A stretch of DNA of 64,000 nucleotides from a bacterium (GCA_021817145.1 JAKAVV010000006.1:83087-147086), one strand, 5' to 3'; shown: positions 45,491 to 55,546, numbered from the stretch's first letter. Numbers and translations: made by a program. Notes: generated from the letters alone by a model not told the origin.

Positions 45491-46995
45491 TGGATATTCA
45501 AGCAGGCTCCTCTTATATTTCAATTTCAGATTTAATTCGTGTCGCTCGAGAAAAGACAAAAGTCGGGCTTGACCCGGATGTTTTAAGAAAGGTAAAACGA
45601 AGCCGTTCTATTGTTGAAAAAGCCGTTTCTGAGAAAAAAGTCGTTTATGGAATTACAACAGGTTTTGGGAAATTGGCTGAAACTTTTATTCCTGCAGATA
45701 AGAATCAGGAACTTCAAAAAAACCTCTTATTGAGCCATGCGGTTGGAGTGGGTGATCCTTTGCCCGAGGAAGTTGTAAGAGGGATGCTGTTTCTCAGACT
45801 GCACAGTTTAGCCAAAGGATTCTCAGGGATCAGACCTGTTGTTTTAGAGTACTTGATTCGCTTTTTAAACGAAAACTGTCTGCCTGTTGTCCCTTCACAA
45901 GGTTCTGTTGGATCCAGTGGGGATTTGGCGCCTCTGGCGCATTTATCTCTCCCTTTAATCGGTTATGGTGAGGTTTTATTGAAAGGCAGGAGACTCCCTT
46001 CTGCAGAAGCGTTAAAATTGATTGGGTTAGAGCCTCTTGTTTTAGGAGCGAAAGAAGGGCTTGGTTTAATTAATGGGACTCAGGTTATGTCCACCCTTGG
46101 TTCCCTGGCAGTTTACGATATCGAAACTTTTTTTGCCGCGAGTTTAGCAGCAGCAGCCATGACTCTTGAAGCGACTTTGTCTTCAGATGCATTTTTGTCA
46201 AAAAAGATTCATCAAATCAGGCCCCATGAAGGGCAGTTATTTGTTTCTGAAAAGATGAGACAGTTGGTGGAAGGAAGCTCTTTAATTCTGTCTCATAAAA
46301 ATTCTCTGCATCGAGTTCAAGATGCGTATTCTATTCGGTGTATTCCACAAGTTCATGGAGCTGTTTGGGATGCTTTAAGATATGTGAAACAGGTTTTGGA
46401 AGTTGAAATCAATTCAGTTACAGATAACCCTCTTGTTTTTTCCGATGATGAGACCGTTGTCTCAGGAGGGAATTTTCATGGGCATCCAGTGGCATTGGCT
46501 CTGGATTTCTTGAAGATTGCTGTTACCAGTCTTTCTAATATTTCAGAGAGAAGAATTGAAAGACTGGTCAACCCGGCTTTAAGCGGCGGGCTGCCCGCTT
46601 TTCTAACGAAATATTCAGGACTTTGTTCAGGAATGATGATTTTGCAGTATACAGCAGCATCCCTGGTTTCAGAAAACAAGGGGTTAAGTCATCCCGCCAG
46701 CGTGGATTCTATTCCAACGAGCGCGAATCAGGAAGATTACAATTCAATGGGAACAACAGCAGCTCGTCATCTGGCTAAAATTACCGAGAATACTTTGCAA
46801 GTTATTGGCATTGAATTGTTATGCTCTGCTCAGGGGTTGGAATTTAGAAGGCCGCTTAAATTTGGCGCTGGAGTGGAAAAAGCTTACCGTAAGATTCGAG
46901 ATAAGATACCTGCTCTTGAACAGGATAGAGAGATGAAATCGGATCTGGAAAAGGTCGTGCTGTTAATTCGAAGCGGTGAATTATCTACCTTGTAA
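45490..46995 (+). CDS. hutH: Histidine ammonia-lyase
   Basis: VYGITTGFG, LLSHAVG (His-specific SH), GSVGSSGDLAPL, QDAYSIRC, GGNFHG. Confidence 0.93.
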   Translation: MDIQAGSSYISISDLIRVAREKTKVGLDPDVLRKVKRSRSIVEKAVSEKKVVYGITTGFGKLAETFIPADKNQELQKNLLLSHAVGVGDPLPEEVVRGMLFLRLHSLAKGFSGIRPVVLEYLIRFLNENCLPVVPSQGSVGSSGDLAPLAHLSLPLIGYGEVLLKGRRLPSAEALKLIGLEPLVLGAKEGLGLINGTQVMSTLGSLAVYDIETFFAASLAAAAMTLEATLSSDAFLSKKIHQIRPHEGQLFVSEKMRQLVEGSSLILSHKNSLHRVQDAYSIRCIPQVHGAVWDALRYVKQVLEVEINSVTDNPLVFSDDETVVSGGNFHGHPVALALDFLKIAVTSLSNISERRIERLVNPALSGGLPAFLTKYSGLCSGMMILQYTAASLVSENKGLSHPASVDSIPTSANQEDYNSMGTTAARHLAKITENTLQVIGIELLCSAQGLEFRRPLKFGAGVEKAYRKIRDKIPALEQDREMKSDLEKVVLLIRSGELSTL

Positions 46996-47637
46996 AATGT
47001 TTTTGGATGGGCATAGATCGTTTAAAATGCAGTTCTGACAGTCTGGTTTTTTAGCTTTGCAGACATATCGTCCATGAAGAAGAATGAGATGCCCCCCATC
47101 AATCCAGTCTTTTTTCGGGATTAATTTCATTAAGTCCTGTTCAATTTTTTCAGGGATGGTTTGCTTTGTTAACCCCAATCTCTGCGAGACTCGTGAAACA
47201 TGAGTGTCCACAACCACTCCTGATGGGATTCCAAAAGCTTCCCCAAGAACCACATTGGCTGTTTTTCGAGCGACTCCGGGAAGGGTGAGTAATTGTTCCA
47301 TGCTCTGTGGGACCTGATGATTAAATTCTTTTACTAGTTTTTCACTAGCTGCTTTAATGTTTTTTGCTTTGTTTTTATAAAAGCCGGTTGAATGGATTTC
47401 TTTTTCGAGAAGAGAGACAGGAGCCTTTGCCACAGCTTCTGGGGTTGGAAATTTTTTGAACAAACCGGGTGTAACCTGATTGACTCGTTCATCTGTGCAT
47501 TGAGCGGAGAGAATGACAGAAATGAGAAGTTCAAAAGGGTTTTTGTGGGTTAATTCACAGTGAGCTTCAGGTCTTTCTTTTTTAAGTCTTTTTAAAATTT
47601 CGGATACTTTTGATTTTATATTTTCTTCTTGAGGCAT
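46981..47637 (-). CDS. nth: Endonuclease III
   Basis: LSAQCTD, LPGVARKTANVV, VDTHV, C..KKPDC..C...CP Fe-S motif. Confidence 0.97.
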   Translation of the reverse strand: MPQEENIKSKVSEILKRLKKERPEAHCELTHKNPFELLISVILSAQCTDERVNQVTPGLFKKFPTPEAVAKAPVSLLEKEIHSTGFYKNKAKNIKAASEKLVKEFNHQVPQSMEQLLTLPGVARKTANVVLGEAFGIPSGVVVDTHVSRVSQRLGLTKQTIPEKIEQDLMKLIPKKDWIDGGHLILLHGRYVCKAKKPDCQNCILNDLCPSKNILQGR

Positions 47638-47780
47638 AATCGCTGGTTCTCTTCATTAAATTTATCTTCCTTCTCTTTGCTGCCTGAATCGTGCCTTTCG
47701 TTTTGCGTCGTGGAAGTTTGAGATTGGCGCAGAAGTGAAGGAATCACTCTCAAGTTAAAGAACAAAGAATGAGCTAATAT

Positions 47781-47855
<75 letters not shown>

Positions 47856-47875
47856 CATTTATCGGCAGCTGCGCT

Positions 47876-48640
47876 TTATTGAAAGATTTCCATTTTTTGA
47901 TGGATTGCGTCCAGATGGGCTGTTACATTCCCCACGGCTGATTCTAATAAGTTTGGATTTAGATCGCGATAAATTATTTTTACAATCTCTTTAGGATTCG
48001 TTATTCCTTTCTGCCAGCAGTTTAAAATTTCTTCATGCCGTTTTTTCCTGTGCTGGATAAGGGCGTCAATTCTTTCCACTGCATCTCCTTGAACCCCATG
48101 TCCAGGGAGAAGGATTGTGGGGTTTAAACTTCTCAAGCGGTAAAGTGAGCTCATATAATCTTTTAAGTTCCCATCCGGTGGATTAAGGGTTGTGCTTCCT
48201 TCTCCTAAAATTAGATCCCCGCTGAATAAGGTCCGTGCATCAGGCAAAAATAGACAGATGTGATCCGATGAATGTCCAGGAGTGTAGATCACTTGAAGGG
48301 TAAAAGAATCTACCTGTAAATTTTCTAGATCAGTCAGCTTTATATCTGGGTTCAACCAGGATTTATCAGATGCTGCAGTAAATGCCTTTGTTTCCTTTTT
48401 TAGCCACTGCGCCCCTCCAGAATGATCCAGATGATGATGAGTCAAGATGATTGTTTTTAATTCTCTAGTCTGGATATAGGTTAAAATGTTATTTAGATGC
48501 GATTCAATCAGAGGGCCAGGATCAATGACAAAACATTCTTTCTCTCCAAGAATGTATGTGTTGGTCCCTTGAAGAGTTTTGGGAGAAGGATTGGGCGCTC
48601 TGATGATCTGAATTGGAATGGGAGAATTTGTGAGATTCAC
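47876..48640 (-). CDS. MBL-fold metallo-hydrolase (LACTB2-like)
   Basis: GTNTY, THHHLDH, TPGHSSDH, FSGD, PGHG. Confidence 0.93.
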   Translation of the reverse strand: MNLTNSPIPIQIIRAPNPSPKTLQGTNTYILGEKECFVIDPGPLIESHLNNILTYIQTRELKTIILTHHHLDHSGGAQWLKKETKAFTAASDKSWLNPDIKLTDLENLQVDSFTLQVIYTPGHSSDHICLFLPDARTLFSGDLILGEGSTTLNPPDGNLKDYMSSLYRLRSLNPTILLPGHGVQGDAVERIDALIQHRKKRHEEILNCWQKGITNPKEIVKIIYRDLNPNLLESAVGNVTAHLDAIHQKMEIFQ

Positions 48641-49365
48641 AAGAGATGAATTTCTCCTTTTTCATCAACCCATGGCTTGCGAGGGATTTTAGGCTGTTTT
48701 TCTCCCCATTCTATCACTTCTTTTGTGGTTTTAAAGGGTGATAGTTCTTGAAGTGTTGTCATGGTTGGGAACATAAGAGAGATTTGATTTTTATGATACT
48801 GTTCAAGGGCTTTTTCTGGAGCAATCCAGGTCCCTTTGAGGATTTCTTTTCCATCTGGGGAGGGGGTTTGGTCATTTAATAGTTCAGTTATAAAGAAACG
48901 GGCGCTGAAGCGAGTTTTGAAAACTTCAGGTGTGATCCATTGGGAAAGATAGGTTAATTTTTCTGTAAGAAGTTTTAAATGGCGTTCTTTGACGATTTCC
49001 AAAAAAGATTTACCAGCAAGCAGAGATTCGCGCATTTTTTTTAAGTTTTCTGAGGAAAGATGATTTTCGCATAAAAGTATTCCCGCTTCCTCAAATAATT
49101 CTCGGATAGCAGAGATATAAAATCCAAGCAGTTCTTTTTCCACGGACTCCGGGAAAAGTTTCTGCCAATCAGGAAAGGGGAGATTAGAGGAATAGGAAAA
49201 CCATTCTGGATCTTGATCTTGCTCTTTAATTGTCCCTCCTGGAAAAACATAAGCTCCTCCCGCAAATTCAAGGCTTTTCGACTTCTGCAGAAGATAAGTT
49301 TTAAGCCCATCAGGAGTATCTTTTAGTACAATGACAGTAGAAGCAGGAATAGGTTTAACAGGCAT
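48637..49365 (-). CDS. NUDIX hydrolase (NUDT19-like)
   Basis: YVFPGG, AIRELFEEAG, WITP...RFSARFF. Confidence 0.92.
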   Translation of the reverse strand: MPVKPIPASTVIVLKDTPDGLKTYLLQKSKSLEFAGGAYVFPGGTIKEQDQDPEWFSYSSNLPFPDWQKLFPESVEKELLGFYISAIRELFEEAGILLCENHLSSENLKKMRESLLAGKSFLEIVKERHLKLLTEKLTYLSQWITPEVFKTRFSARFFITELLNDQTPSPDGKEILKGTWIAPEKALEQYHKNQISLMFPTMTTLQELSPFKTTKEVIEWGEKQPKIPRKPWVDEKGEIHLL

Positions 49366-49441
49366 AAAATAAATTTCAAAACCTCCAGAAGAGATCCTTT
49401 AAAGGGGTTTTTAAGTCGTTTTTAGAACAAAACATATATAT

Positions 49442-49624
49442 ATGGAAAATGAAGCGCCTCATCAATATTTAGTCCAGCAGTTTTCAGCTTTTGATGAAAA
49501 AGGGGATGGAGCATGGGTCTCTCTTAAAATGTTTTTGTCAAAAGAAGAAGCTGAAAAGTATGTGGCATTACAGTCAGGGTTAAAGTGCCGTGTTCTAGAA
49601 GTTCTCTGCCAGCCTACTCGCTAA
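49442..49624 (+). CDS. Small hypothetical protein (60 aa)
   Basis: ATG ORF filling the intergenic gap. Confidence 0.45.
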   Translation: MENEAPHQYLVQQFSAFDEKGDGAWVSLKMFLSKEEAEKYVALQSGLKCRVLEVLCQPTR

Positions 49625-49775
49625 TTTTGCGGCGCATTTAATCCACTGCCCCCTATTTTTTTAATATTTAAAAAATCCAGTTGCCCTTGTTTATCTCTCT
49701 GTTCTGCTTCTAAATAAATTAAACTTTTTAGGGTTGCGAAAATTGTATTGATAAAAAGTCACTAACCCCAATCTC

Positions 49776-50522
49776 TCAACGCACACTCCGCACTGCTGGT
49801 ATGTTTCCCTTTACGATCAGCCCAAGTTTTGAAGAGTAGCAAAGTTGTTTTAAATGATATTGGGAAGCAGATGGATCGCAAATCATAAATTGAGGTGGAT
49901 GGTTAGAGCCAGAGTATTGATATTCTGTTTTGGTTTTTGGATCCGTTACAGCTCCCTCCCAGTAAGGTTTATTGATATAAGTGGGAACTAAATTCTTTTT
50001 AAGCGCATTCAGTGGAAGCCATTTGCCTTTTGTGTCAGGGTAATTTCCATGGTGATCTCCGCTGTACATGATAAGGGCAGTAGCGATATTCTTTTCATTC
50101 GATTTTGCTTCTGATAAATAAGCGTACTCTTTAGACCTATTTGAGGGTATCGCGGTAATGAGAAAGGGAAGGAGAATAAGGATTAAGGAAAGACAAAGAG
50201 AAGCGCCATTCCATGCGAGTATGAATCTTCTTCCTGATGGATCTATGTTTTTTTTCTGCCGATACGCTTTCAAAAAACTCCAAAATGCTGGAATGTTTAG
50301 GAACGGAAGAAAAAAAATAGCTGAAAAAAGCCCTCCTGGCGCTGTCAGCATTCCAAGAACTAAAAGGCTGAAGATGATGACCAAAAAAATTCTAGGGGTT
50401 CGGATATATTGATTCAAAAATTGAAGTCCCTTGTGGGTTGACTCGTATCGAATCGAATAGAAAAACAAGAATGGATAACACAAAAACAGAAGAGGGATAT
50501 AGATGGTAAACAGTCTAATCAT
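49776..50522 (-). CDS. Multi-TM protein fused to a GspG/pilin-like globular domain
   Basis: About 4 TM segments then SEAKSNEKNIATALIMYSGDHHGNYP...LVPTYI; ATG 50522 lies 5 bp after the upstream stop. Confidence 0.65.
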   Translation of the reverse strand: MIRLFTIYIPLLFLCYPFLFFYSIRYESTHKGLQFLNQYIRTPRIFLVIIFSLLVLGMLTAPGGLFSAIFFLPFLNIPAFWSFLKAYRQKKNIDPSGRRFILAWNGASLCLSLILILLPFLITAIPSNRSKEYAYLSEAKSNEKNIATALIMYSGDHHGNYPDTKGKWLPLNALKKNLVPTYINKPYWEGAVTDPKTKTEYQYSGSNHPPQFMICDPSASQYHLKQLCYSSKLGLIVKGNIPAVRSVR

Positions 50523-50527
50523 AAGAG

Positions 50528-51442
50528 TCAATGACCTCCTTTGTAATATTGGAGGGCTGTTGTTTCTACGTTTATTGGCCAAAAGAGGAGAGATTTGGTT
50601 TCTAGCCCTGCGTTTCCAGAATAAAGATGATAATTTGTTCCTGAATCAATATTGTTTTTTTGCCCAATCCAGACGTAGGAAAGTTTAGGAAACTGCTTCA
50701 CCCATTGTTGATAAGGAACAATCTCAGGGGATTGATTTTTCCAGGGATCTAAAACAAGCCCCTCAGCTATTTTTCCTCCTTTTCTCGTTAGCAAAATGGC
50801 ATTGTGTTGAATGGGGGAATTCTGCCAATCTACAGGAGTCAACCTGATGTTTCTGGCGACCCAGTGACTGTCCCATTGTTGAGTATAATAAGACACTGCT
50901 TCTCCTGTTTTCAATTGAAGATTTTTACACCCTGTTGGAATATCTGCTGTCTCTTGGTTTTCCCATTTATTGTTAATCCACTGCAGCGGTTTTTTTAGAT
51001 TAAGGGAGGAATTAGAAAGGACAGATAGACCCTTGTTCGCAGTGGATAACCCAGCATAAGCTGGTCCATACTCAAGGTCTGTTCCTATTGTATGCAGTCC
51101 TTGTTTCAAGTCTGCCAGTGTTCCATCTTCTCCTGGATCTCCATTTTTATCAATAAATGAAGAAAGCAGATTGGAGTAATGGTTTAAGATGTCTCTCAGC
51201 TGTATTTTTGCGTTTTCTCGCCGATAGTTTTTATCCATGGGGGCTACACTGCGAATGTTGACCATCCTGGGATAAACAGTTTTTGTTTCTTTTGGCTGAT
51301 TGCTTGAGCTTTCATCTCTACCGCTTTTCTCAAACGTATCGATTGGAGCTGGCTGACTCTCTTTTTCCTTTTGTAAGTGGGTATTCTTTTTTGCTCTTTC
51401 CCTACCTGTTCCCACTTGAACCTTAATTTGATGCTGTATCAC
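50528..51442 (-). CDS. Hypothetical protein, possible papain/transglutaminase-like Cys-His-Asp enzyme
   Basis: Disordered N-terminus; TGC, QHNAILL, VLDPW. Confidence 0.5.
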   Translation of the reverse strand: MIQHQIKVQVGTGRERAKKNTHLQKEKESQPAPIDTFEKSGRDESSSNQPKETKTVYPRMVNIRSVAPMDKNYRRENAKIQLRDILNHYSNLLSSFIDKNGDPGEDGTLADLKQGLHTIGTDLEYGPAYAGLSTANKGLSVLSNSSLNLKKPLQWINNKWENQETADIPTGCKNLQLKTGEAVSYYTQQWDSHWVARNIRLTPVDWQNSPIQHNAILLTRKGGKIAEGLVLDPWKNQSPEIVPYQQWVKQFPKLSYVWIGQKNNIDSGTNYHLYSGNAGLETKSLLFWPINVETTALQYYKGGH

Positions 51443-51625
51443 TGTACACCTCCTCTATAAAGATGTCTCTATTCTAACACTCCCTTGTCAAATAAATGTC
51501 AAATGAATCGGGAATTTGTAAATTTTCTGCTGCGAAATTGTTAAATTAATGTAAATAATCATTTATCTTGCCTCTGAATAAATGATTGAAGGAGCAGAGT
51601 AGGGTGGGCTGGAAGGTAATGGATT

Positions 51626-52159
51626 ATGAAAATAAGTAAAATTCAGATCAGAGATATCCGTGAGCATTTGCTTATTCGGAAAGCGGAATACTCTGATCTT
51701 CCAATCATCACTGAAATTTATAATCATGCTGTCATGACCACAACAGCCACAATGGACACCCAGGAAAGAACAGAAGCTGAGGGAAATTTCTGGTTTAAGC
51801 TGCATGAAAATAAATATCCGGTTTTAGCGGCTGAATGGGATGGGATCATTTCAGGATGGGGTTCTCTCAGCCCCTGGTCAGATCGGATTGGTTATTCTAA
51901 AACAGTTGAATTATCGTTTTATGTGAAAGAAGAGTTTAGAGGCAGAGGGATCGGGAAAAAATTGATGGAAGCCCTTCTGGCAGAAGGGTGTAAGGCTGGA
52001 TTTCATTCCATTCTTTCCCGAATCACGGCGGATAATAAGATTAGTGTTGGGATTCATAAGATATTTGGATTTCGAGAAGTAGGGGTGTTAAGAGAAGTCG
52101 GGAGAAAATTTAATCGCTGGCATGATGTGGTTATTATGGAAAAAATCTTTCCCAAATAA
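51626..52159 (+). CDS. GNAT, phosphinothricin/methionine-sulfoximine acetyltransferase-like
   Basis: EIYNHAV, TVELSFYV, RGRGIGKKL, EVGRKFNRWHDV. Confidence 0.9.
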   Translation: MKISKIQIRDIREHLLIRKAEYSDLPIITEIYNHAVMTTTATMDTQERTEAEGNFWFKLHENKYPVLAAEWDGIISGWGSLSPWSDRIGYSKTVELSFYVKEEFRGRGIGKKLMEALLAEGCKAGFHSILSRITADNKISVGIHKIFGFREVGVLREVGRKFNRWHDVVIMEKIFPK

Positions 52160-52172
52160 GAACCTGAATAGA

Positions 52173-54443
52173 TTAATCCATCACAACTTGGGTGAGGTTC
52201 CCGAACGATTCTTGCATCAGGTTCATTAGGTTCCATAGAAATAAGATTCGGTTTTTTCTCAAATTTTCTTCAGGATCCATGACAAGGACTTTGTCGAAAA
52301 ATGAATGGATGGGGTTTTGAAAGCTTGAAAGCAGTTCAAACCCTTTCTGGGTTTCTCCCTTTTCAAGCAGGACAGTGATTTCCGACTTATGTTTTTGGAA
52401 ATGATCATAAAGGGATTTTTCTTCAGGGAAATGGAAAAGCTCTGGGTTTATTTTCAATTCGCTCAAAATCTCTGTTTGGGATTTTTCATTTGGATACTCT
52501 TCAGCCGTCTTTTTGATCATTTCTTCCGCTTCTTTCGATTTTAAAATATTGAAAACTCGAACCCATGCCTGCGTAAACTGGGGGAACTTTTCCTTTTCTT
52601 TTTCTCTTGTTGTTTCCAGAAATTTCGCTCGTTGAAAAGAATGGAAAGGTTTTTTTAAAATATATCTTGGTGTTGATTCTGTGAATACAGGAAGTGCGAA
52701 AAAATCTGACACGACTTTTTGTGTTGACTCACCCTGGCCAGAGACAGCTTGGTCAAAGGATCGAAAGAGATCGTACCTTATTCCTTCTGCTTTCCAGACC
52801 GTTTCACATCTATCTAGAATGAAATTTTCGAGTTCTAAACACCCGAACTGTTTCAGATTGAACCCTTGATTTCTGTACTGCTTTTCGGCTTCTGCTGTCA
52901 ATTCCATCAGGTCAATATTCAGTTCTTTTTCGATTATGATCTGCAGCAGCGCTGCAGCAGCTCTCCTCAGCCCAAGTGGATCAGATGATCCTTTTGGCTG
53001 GAGATTCAATCCAAAACACCCAACCAGTGTATCAATCCGATCCGCGATCCCTAAAACTGCTCCTGGCAGGGTTTTAGGATAAGAGTCTCCTTGATATCTT
53101 GGGAGATAATGGTCTAAAATCCCTTGGGATACAATTTCAGGATAACCTTCCAGCCGAGCGTATTCTTTCCCCATAACTCCTTGGAGTTCAGTAAATTCAA
53201 AAACCATCTGGGTGGTTAAATCGCATTTAGATAAATTCACGATATCAGGCAGGGTTTCCAACTGCTCTAAATTTTGAAGCTTTTTTGATAAATAATCGGT
53301 TAATACTTTCAGTCTTTCCACTTTTTGTTCCATGGTTCCAAGGTTTTTTTGAAAAACTAATTTTGAGAGGTCCTTCTGACGATTTAGCAGTTTTCTTTTT
53401 TTATCATTTTCAAAAAAGTACTGCGCATCTTTAAATCTCGCTTTTAGAACCTGTTCATTCCCTTTTCTGACCTCATCAATCCCTTCTGAATCTCCATTTC
53501 GGACAGCAATAAAATAAGGGAGAAGTTTGCCGTCCAGAGAGACAAGAGGAAAGTATCTCTGGTGATGCTGCATGACTGTTACTAAAACTTCTTCAGGGAG
53601 AGAAAGAAATTCAGGGGCGAAATTCCCGATAAATGCGGTTGGATATTCTACCAGCAGATTGACCTCTTCTATCAAGGTATTTGTAGGATAAACTTGAGCT
53701 GAAACTGTTTCAGCCAAATCTTTGATTTGAGTCTGAATTAAATCCATTCTCTTTTTTGTTTCAGGGATTACAAATCCTTTGTTCAATTTTTCTATATATT
53801 CTGAAGGGTGGTTGATAACAATAGGTCCCTTTGACAAAAAGCGGTGACCGAAAGTAATGCTGCTGCTTGCCAAATTTACTATTTTGAAAGGGATGATTTC
53901 GTTTTCGAATAATGCGACGATCCATCGGACAGGTCTTCCAAAAGTGAATTTCCCATCCCATTTCATGGCTTTTGGAAAGGTAAGGGCTTGAATGACTTCA
54001 GGAAAAATCTTGCTTAATAGAGTAGAGGTTAACTCTCCTTTTTCATGGACAGTGGCAAAAATATACGGTTTCCCTGAGAATTCTTTAATTTGCAGGAGAT
54101 CAAGAGATACTCCCTGGCTTTTAGCAAAACCCATAAGCGCATGACTTGGATTCCCATTGGAGTCATAAGCAGCCGATTTCGATGGCCCTTTGACTTCTTT
54201 TGTTTGGTCTGGCTGCTGGCTGATTAAGTTGTAAATCTGCGCAGTCAATCTTCTAGGAGTCCCTTCTACTGATAATTTTTCATAACTAAGTCTTTTTTCA
54301 GCCAGTTTTTTTTCAAAAAGCTGGCTGAGCTGCTCGCAAGCATCAAAGAAGAACTGTGGAGGCAGTTCTTCAGTTCCAATTTCAAGAAGGGCTGTCCCTG
54401 TTTCTTTCATGATGTCATGAATTTCTTTATTTTTCTCATCCAT
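52173..54443 (-). CDS. glyS: Glycine-tRNA ligase beta subunit
   Basis: LLEIGTEELPP, TPRRL, FGRPVRW, EFTELQG, GSSDPLGLRR, LRKNR. Confidence 0.96.
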   Translation of the reverse strand: MDEKNKEIHDIMKETGTALLEIGTEELPPQFFFDACEQLSQLFEKKLAEKRLSYEKLSVEGTPRRLTAQIYNLISQQPDQTKEVKGPSKSAAYDSNGNPSHALMGFAKSQGVSLDLLQIKEFSGKPYIFATVHEKGELTSTLLSKIFPEVIQALTFPKAMKWDGKFTFGRPVRWIVALFENEIIPFKIVNLASSSITFGHRFLSKGPIVINHPSEYIEKLNKGFVIPETKKRMDLIQTQIKDLAETVSAQVYPTNTLIEEVNLLVEYPTAFIGNFAPEFLSLPEEVLVTVMQHHQRYFPLVSLDGKLLPYFIAVRNGDSEGIDEVRKGNEQVLKARFKDAQYFFENDKKRKLLNRQKDLSKLVFQKNLGTMEQKVERLKVLTDYLSKKLQNLEQLETLPDIVNLSKCDLTTQMVFEFTELQGVMGKEYARLEGYPEIVSQGILDHYLPRYQGDSYPKTLPGAVLGIADRIDTLVGCFGLNLQPKGSSDPLGLRRAAAALLQIIIEKELNIDLMELTAEAEKQYRNQGFNLKQFGCLELENFILDRCETVWKAEGIRYDLFRSFDQAVSGQGESTQKVVSDFFALPVFTESTPRYILKKPFHSFQRAKFLETTREKEKEKFPQFTQAWVRVFNILKSKEAEEMIKKTAEEYPNEKSQTEILSELKINPELFHFPEEKSLYDHFQKHKSEITVLLEKGETQKGFELLSSFQNPIHSFFDKVLVMDPEENLRKNRILFLWNLMNLMQESFGNLTQVVMD

Positions 54444-54502
54444 CCTTTTTGCAGCAGGTTTTTCTTGAATTTCGATAAAAATCTAATGCAGGTAAGGTAT
54501 TT

Positions 54503-55546
54503 ATGGGAACTGAAGAAAATAAAGAAGATAAAGTTAAGATCAATATCACGACACCAAGAGATCCAAACTGGCTGGATCGTGTTTTTTCTGAAGAAAAAGC
54601 TGTTAAGAGATCAAACAAATCAGTTCTATTCCTTATCCTTGGATTCGTTCTGTTTTTAGGCGTGGGGACTGTTTTGGTTGTCTTAAAAAGAAAAGAAAGC
54701 ATTCTTCCTGTTAAAGGAACTCTGCGGGTTCCTCAACAGGTTCCAAGTCCAGAGCAGCCACTCCATACAGCCATTATTCCAAAGAAGAACCTGGTTCAGC
54801 TGCAGCAAATAAAGAAAAAGTCTGAGATGGAGGCAAAAAAATTGGAAGCGCTGCAGCGTCAACTAAAAAAAGAACGAGAGAAATTGAAGCTGATTGCCGA
54901 AAAGAAACGCGAAAATGAAAAAGCTTTGTTAGGTTCGTCCCCCAAAAAGAATTTGATGACTAGAAAAGCAAGAGAGGAAAGGCTTAAGAAGGAAAAAGAG
55001 TTAGCTGCCCTGCATCAAAAAAAGATAAAAGCTTTATTGATAAGAGAAGAGCAGCTGAAAAAAGAAGAAGCGCTCAAAAAATTAGAAGAAGAACGCATTA
55101 AAAAACAGAAGGAGTTGGCTTTCCTCCATCAAGAAAAAGTGAAAGCTTTGATGGAGAAAGAGGCGCAGCTGAAAAAACAGGAACAATTGAGGAAACAAGA
55201 GCAGCTTAACAAAGAGCTGCAGCTGAAAAAAGAAGAAGCCATTCGGAAGAAGGAACAGGAAGTAAAACGAGAGATTGTCACAAAACCTGTTATTGTTTCG
55301 CAGTGCGCTCCTCGATATCCGCAGTTCGAAAAAGATGAAGGTATTCAGGGGACTGTCCTGCTTTTAGTTGTGATTAGGAGCAGTGGAAAGGTGCAGAAGG
55401 TTAAAGTAAAAAAAAGTTCCGGAAATTTCGATTTGGATTATGCTGCTGTAGAAAGTGTAGAACAGTGTTGGAAGTTTGCTCCTGCCACTCAGAATGGAGT
55501 TCCTGTAAGATCTACCTTGTCCGTGCCGATTCGGTTCTCTTTGTAA
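54503..55546 (+). CDS. TonB/TolA-like energy transducer (TM anchor, long K/E coiled coil, TonB C-domain)
   Basis: PRYP...GIQGTV...SSGNFDLDYAAVESV..WKFAPA..NGVPV...VPIRFSL. Confidence 0.88.
   Translation: MGTEENKEDKVKINITTPRDPNWLDRVFSEEKAVKRSNKSVLFLILGFVLFLGVGTVLVVLKRKESILPVKGTLRVPQQVPSPEQPLHTAIIPKKNLVQLQQIKKKSEMEAKKLEALQRQLKKEREKLKLIAEKKRENEKALLGSSPKKNLMTRKAREERLKKEKELAALHQKKIKALLIREEQLKKEEALKKLEEERIKKQKELAFLHQEKVKALMEKEAQLKKQEQLRKQEQLNKELQLKKEEAIRKKEQEVKREIVTKPVIVSQCAPRYPQFEKDEGIQGTVLLLVVIRSSGKVQKVKVKKSSGNFDLDYAAVESVEQCWKFAPATQNGVPVRSTLSVPIRFSL

Noticed and set aside
47876-49365. NUDIX and MBL genes overlapping (GTGA) as a possible frameshifted fusion
   Set aside because: Both have normal starts and complete motifs; the pairing is common
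54436-54702. 88-aa minus ORF upstream of glyS as glyQ
   Set aside because: No GlyQ motifs; antisense to the TonB-like gene
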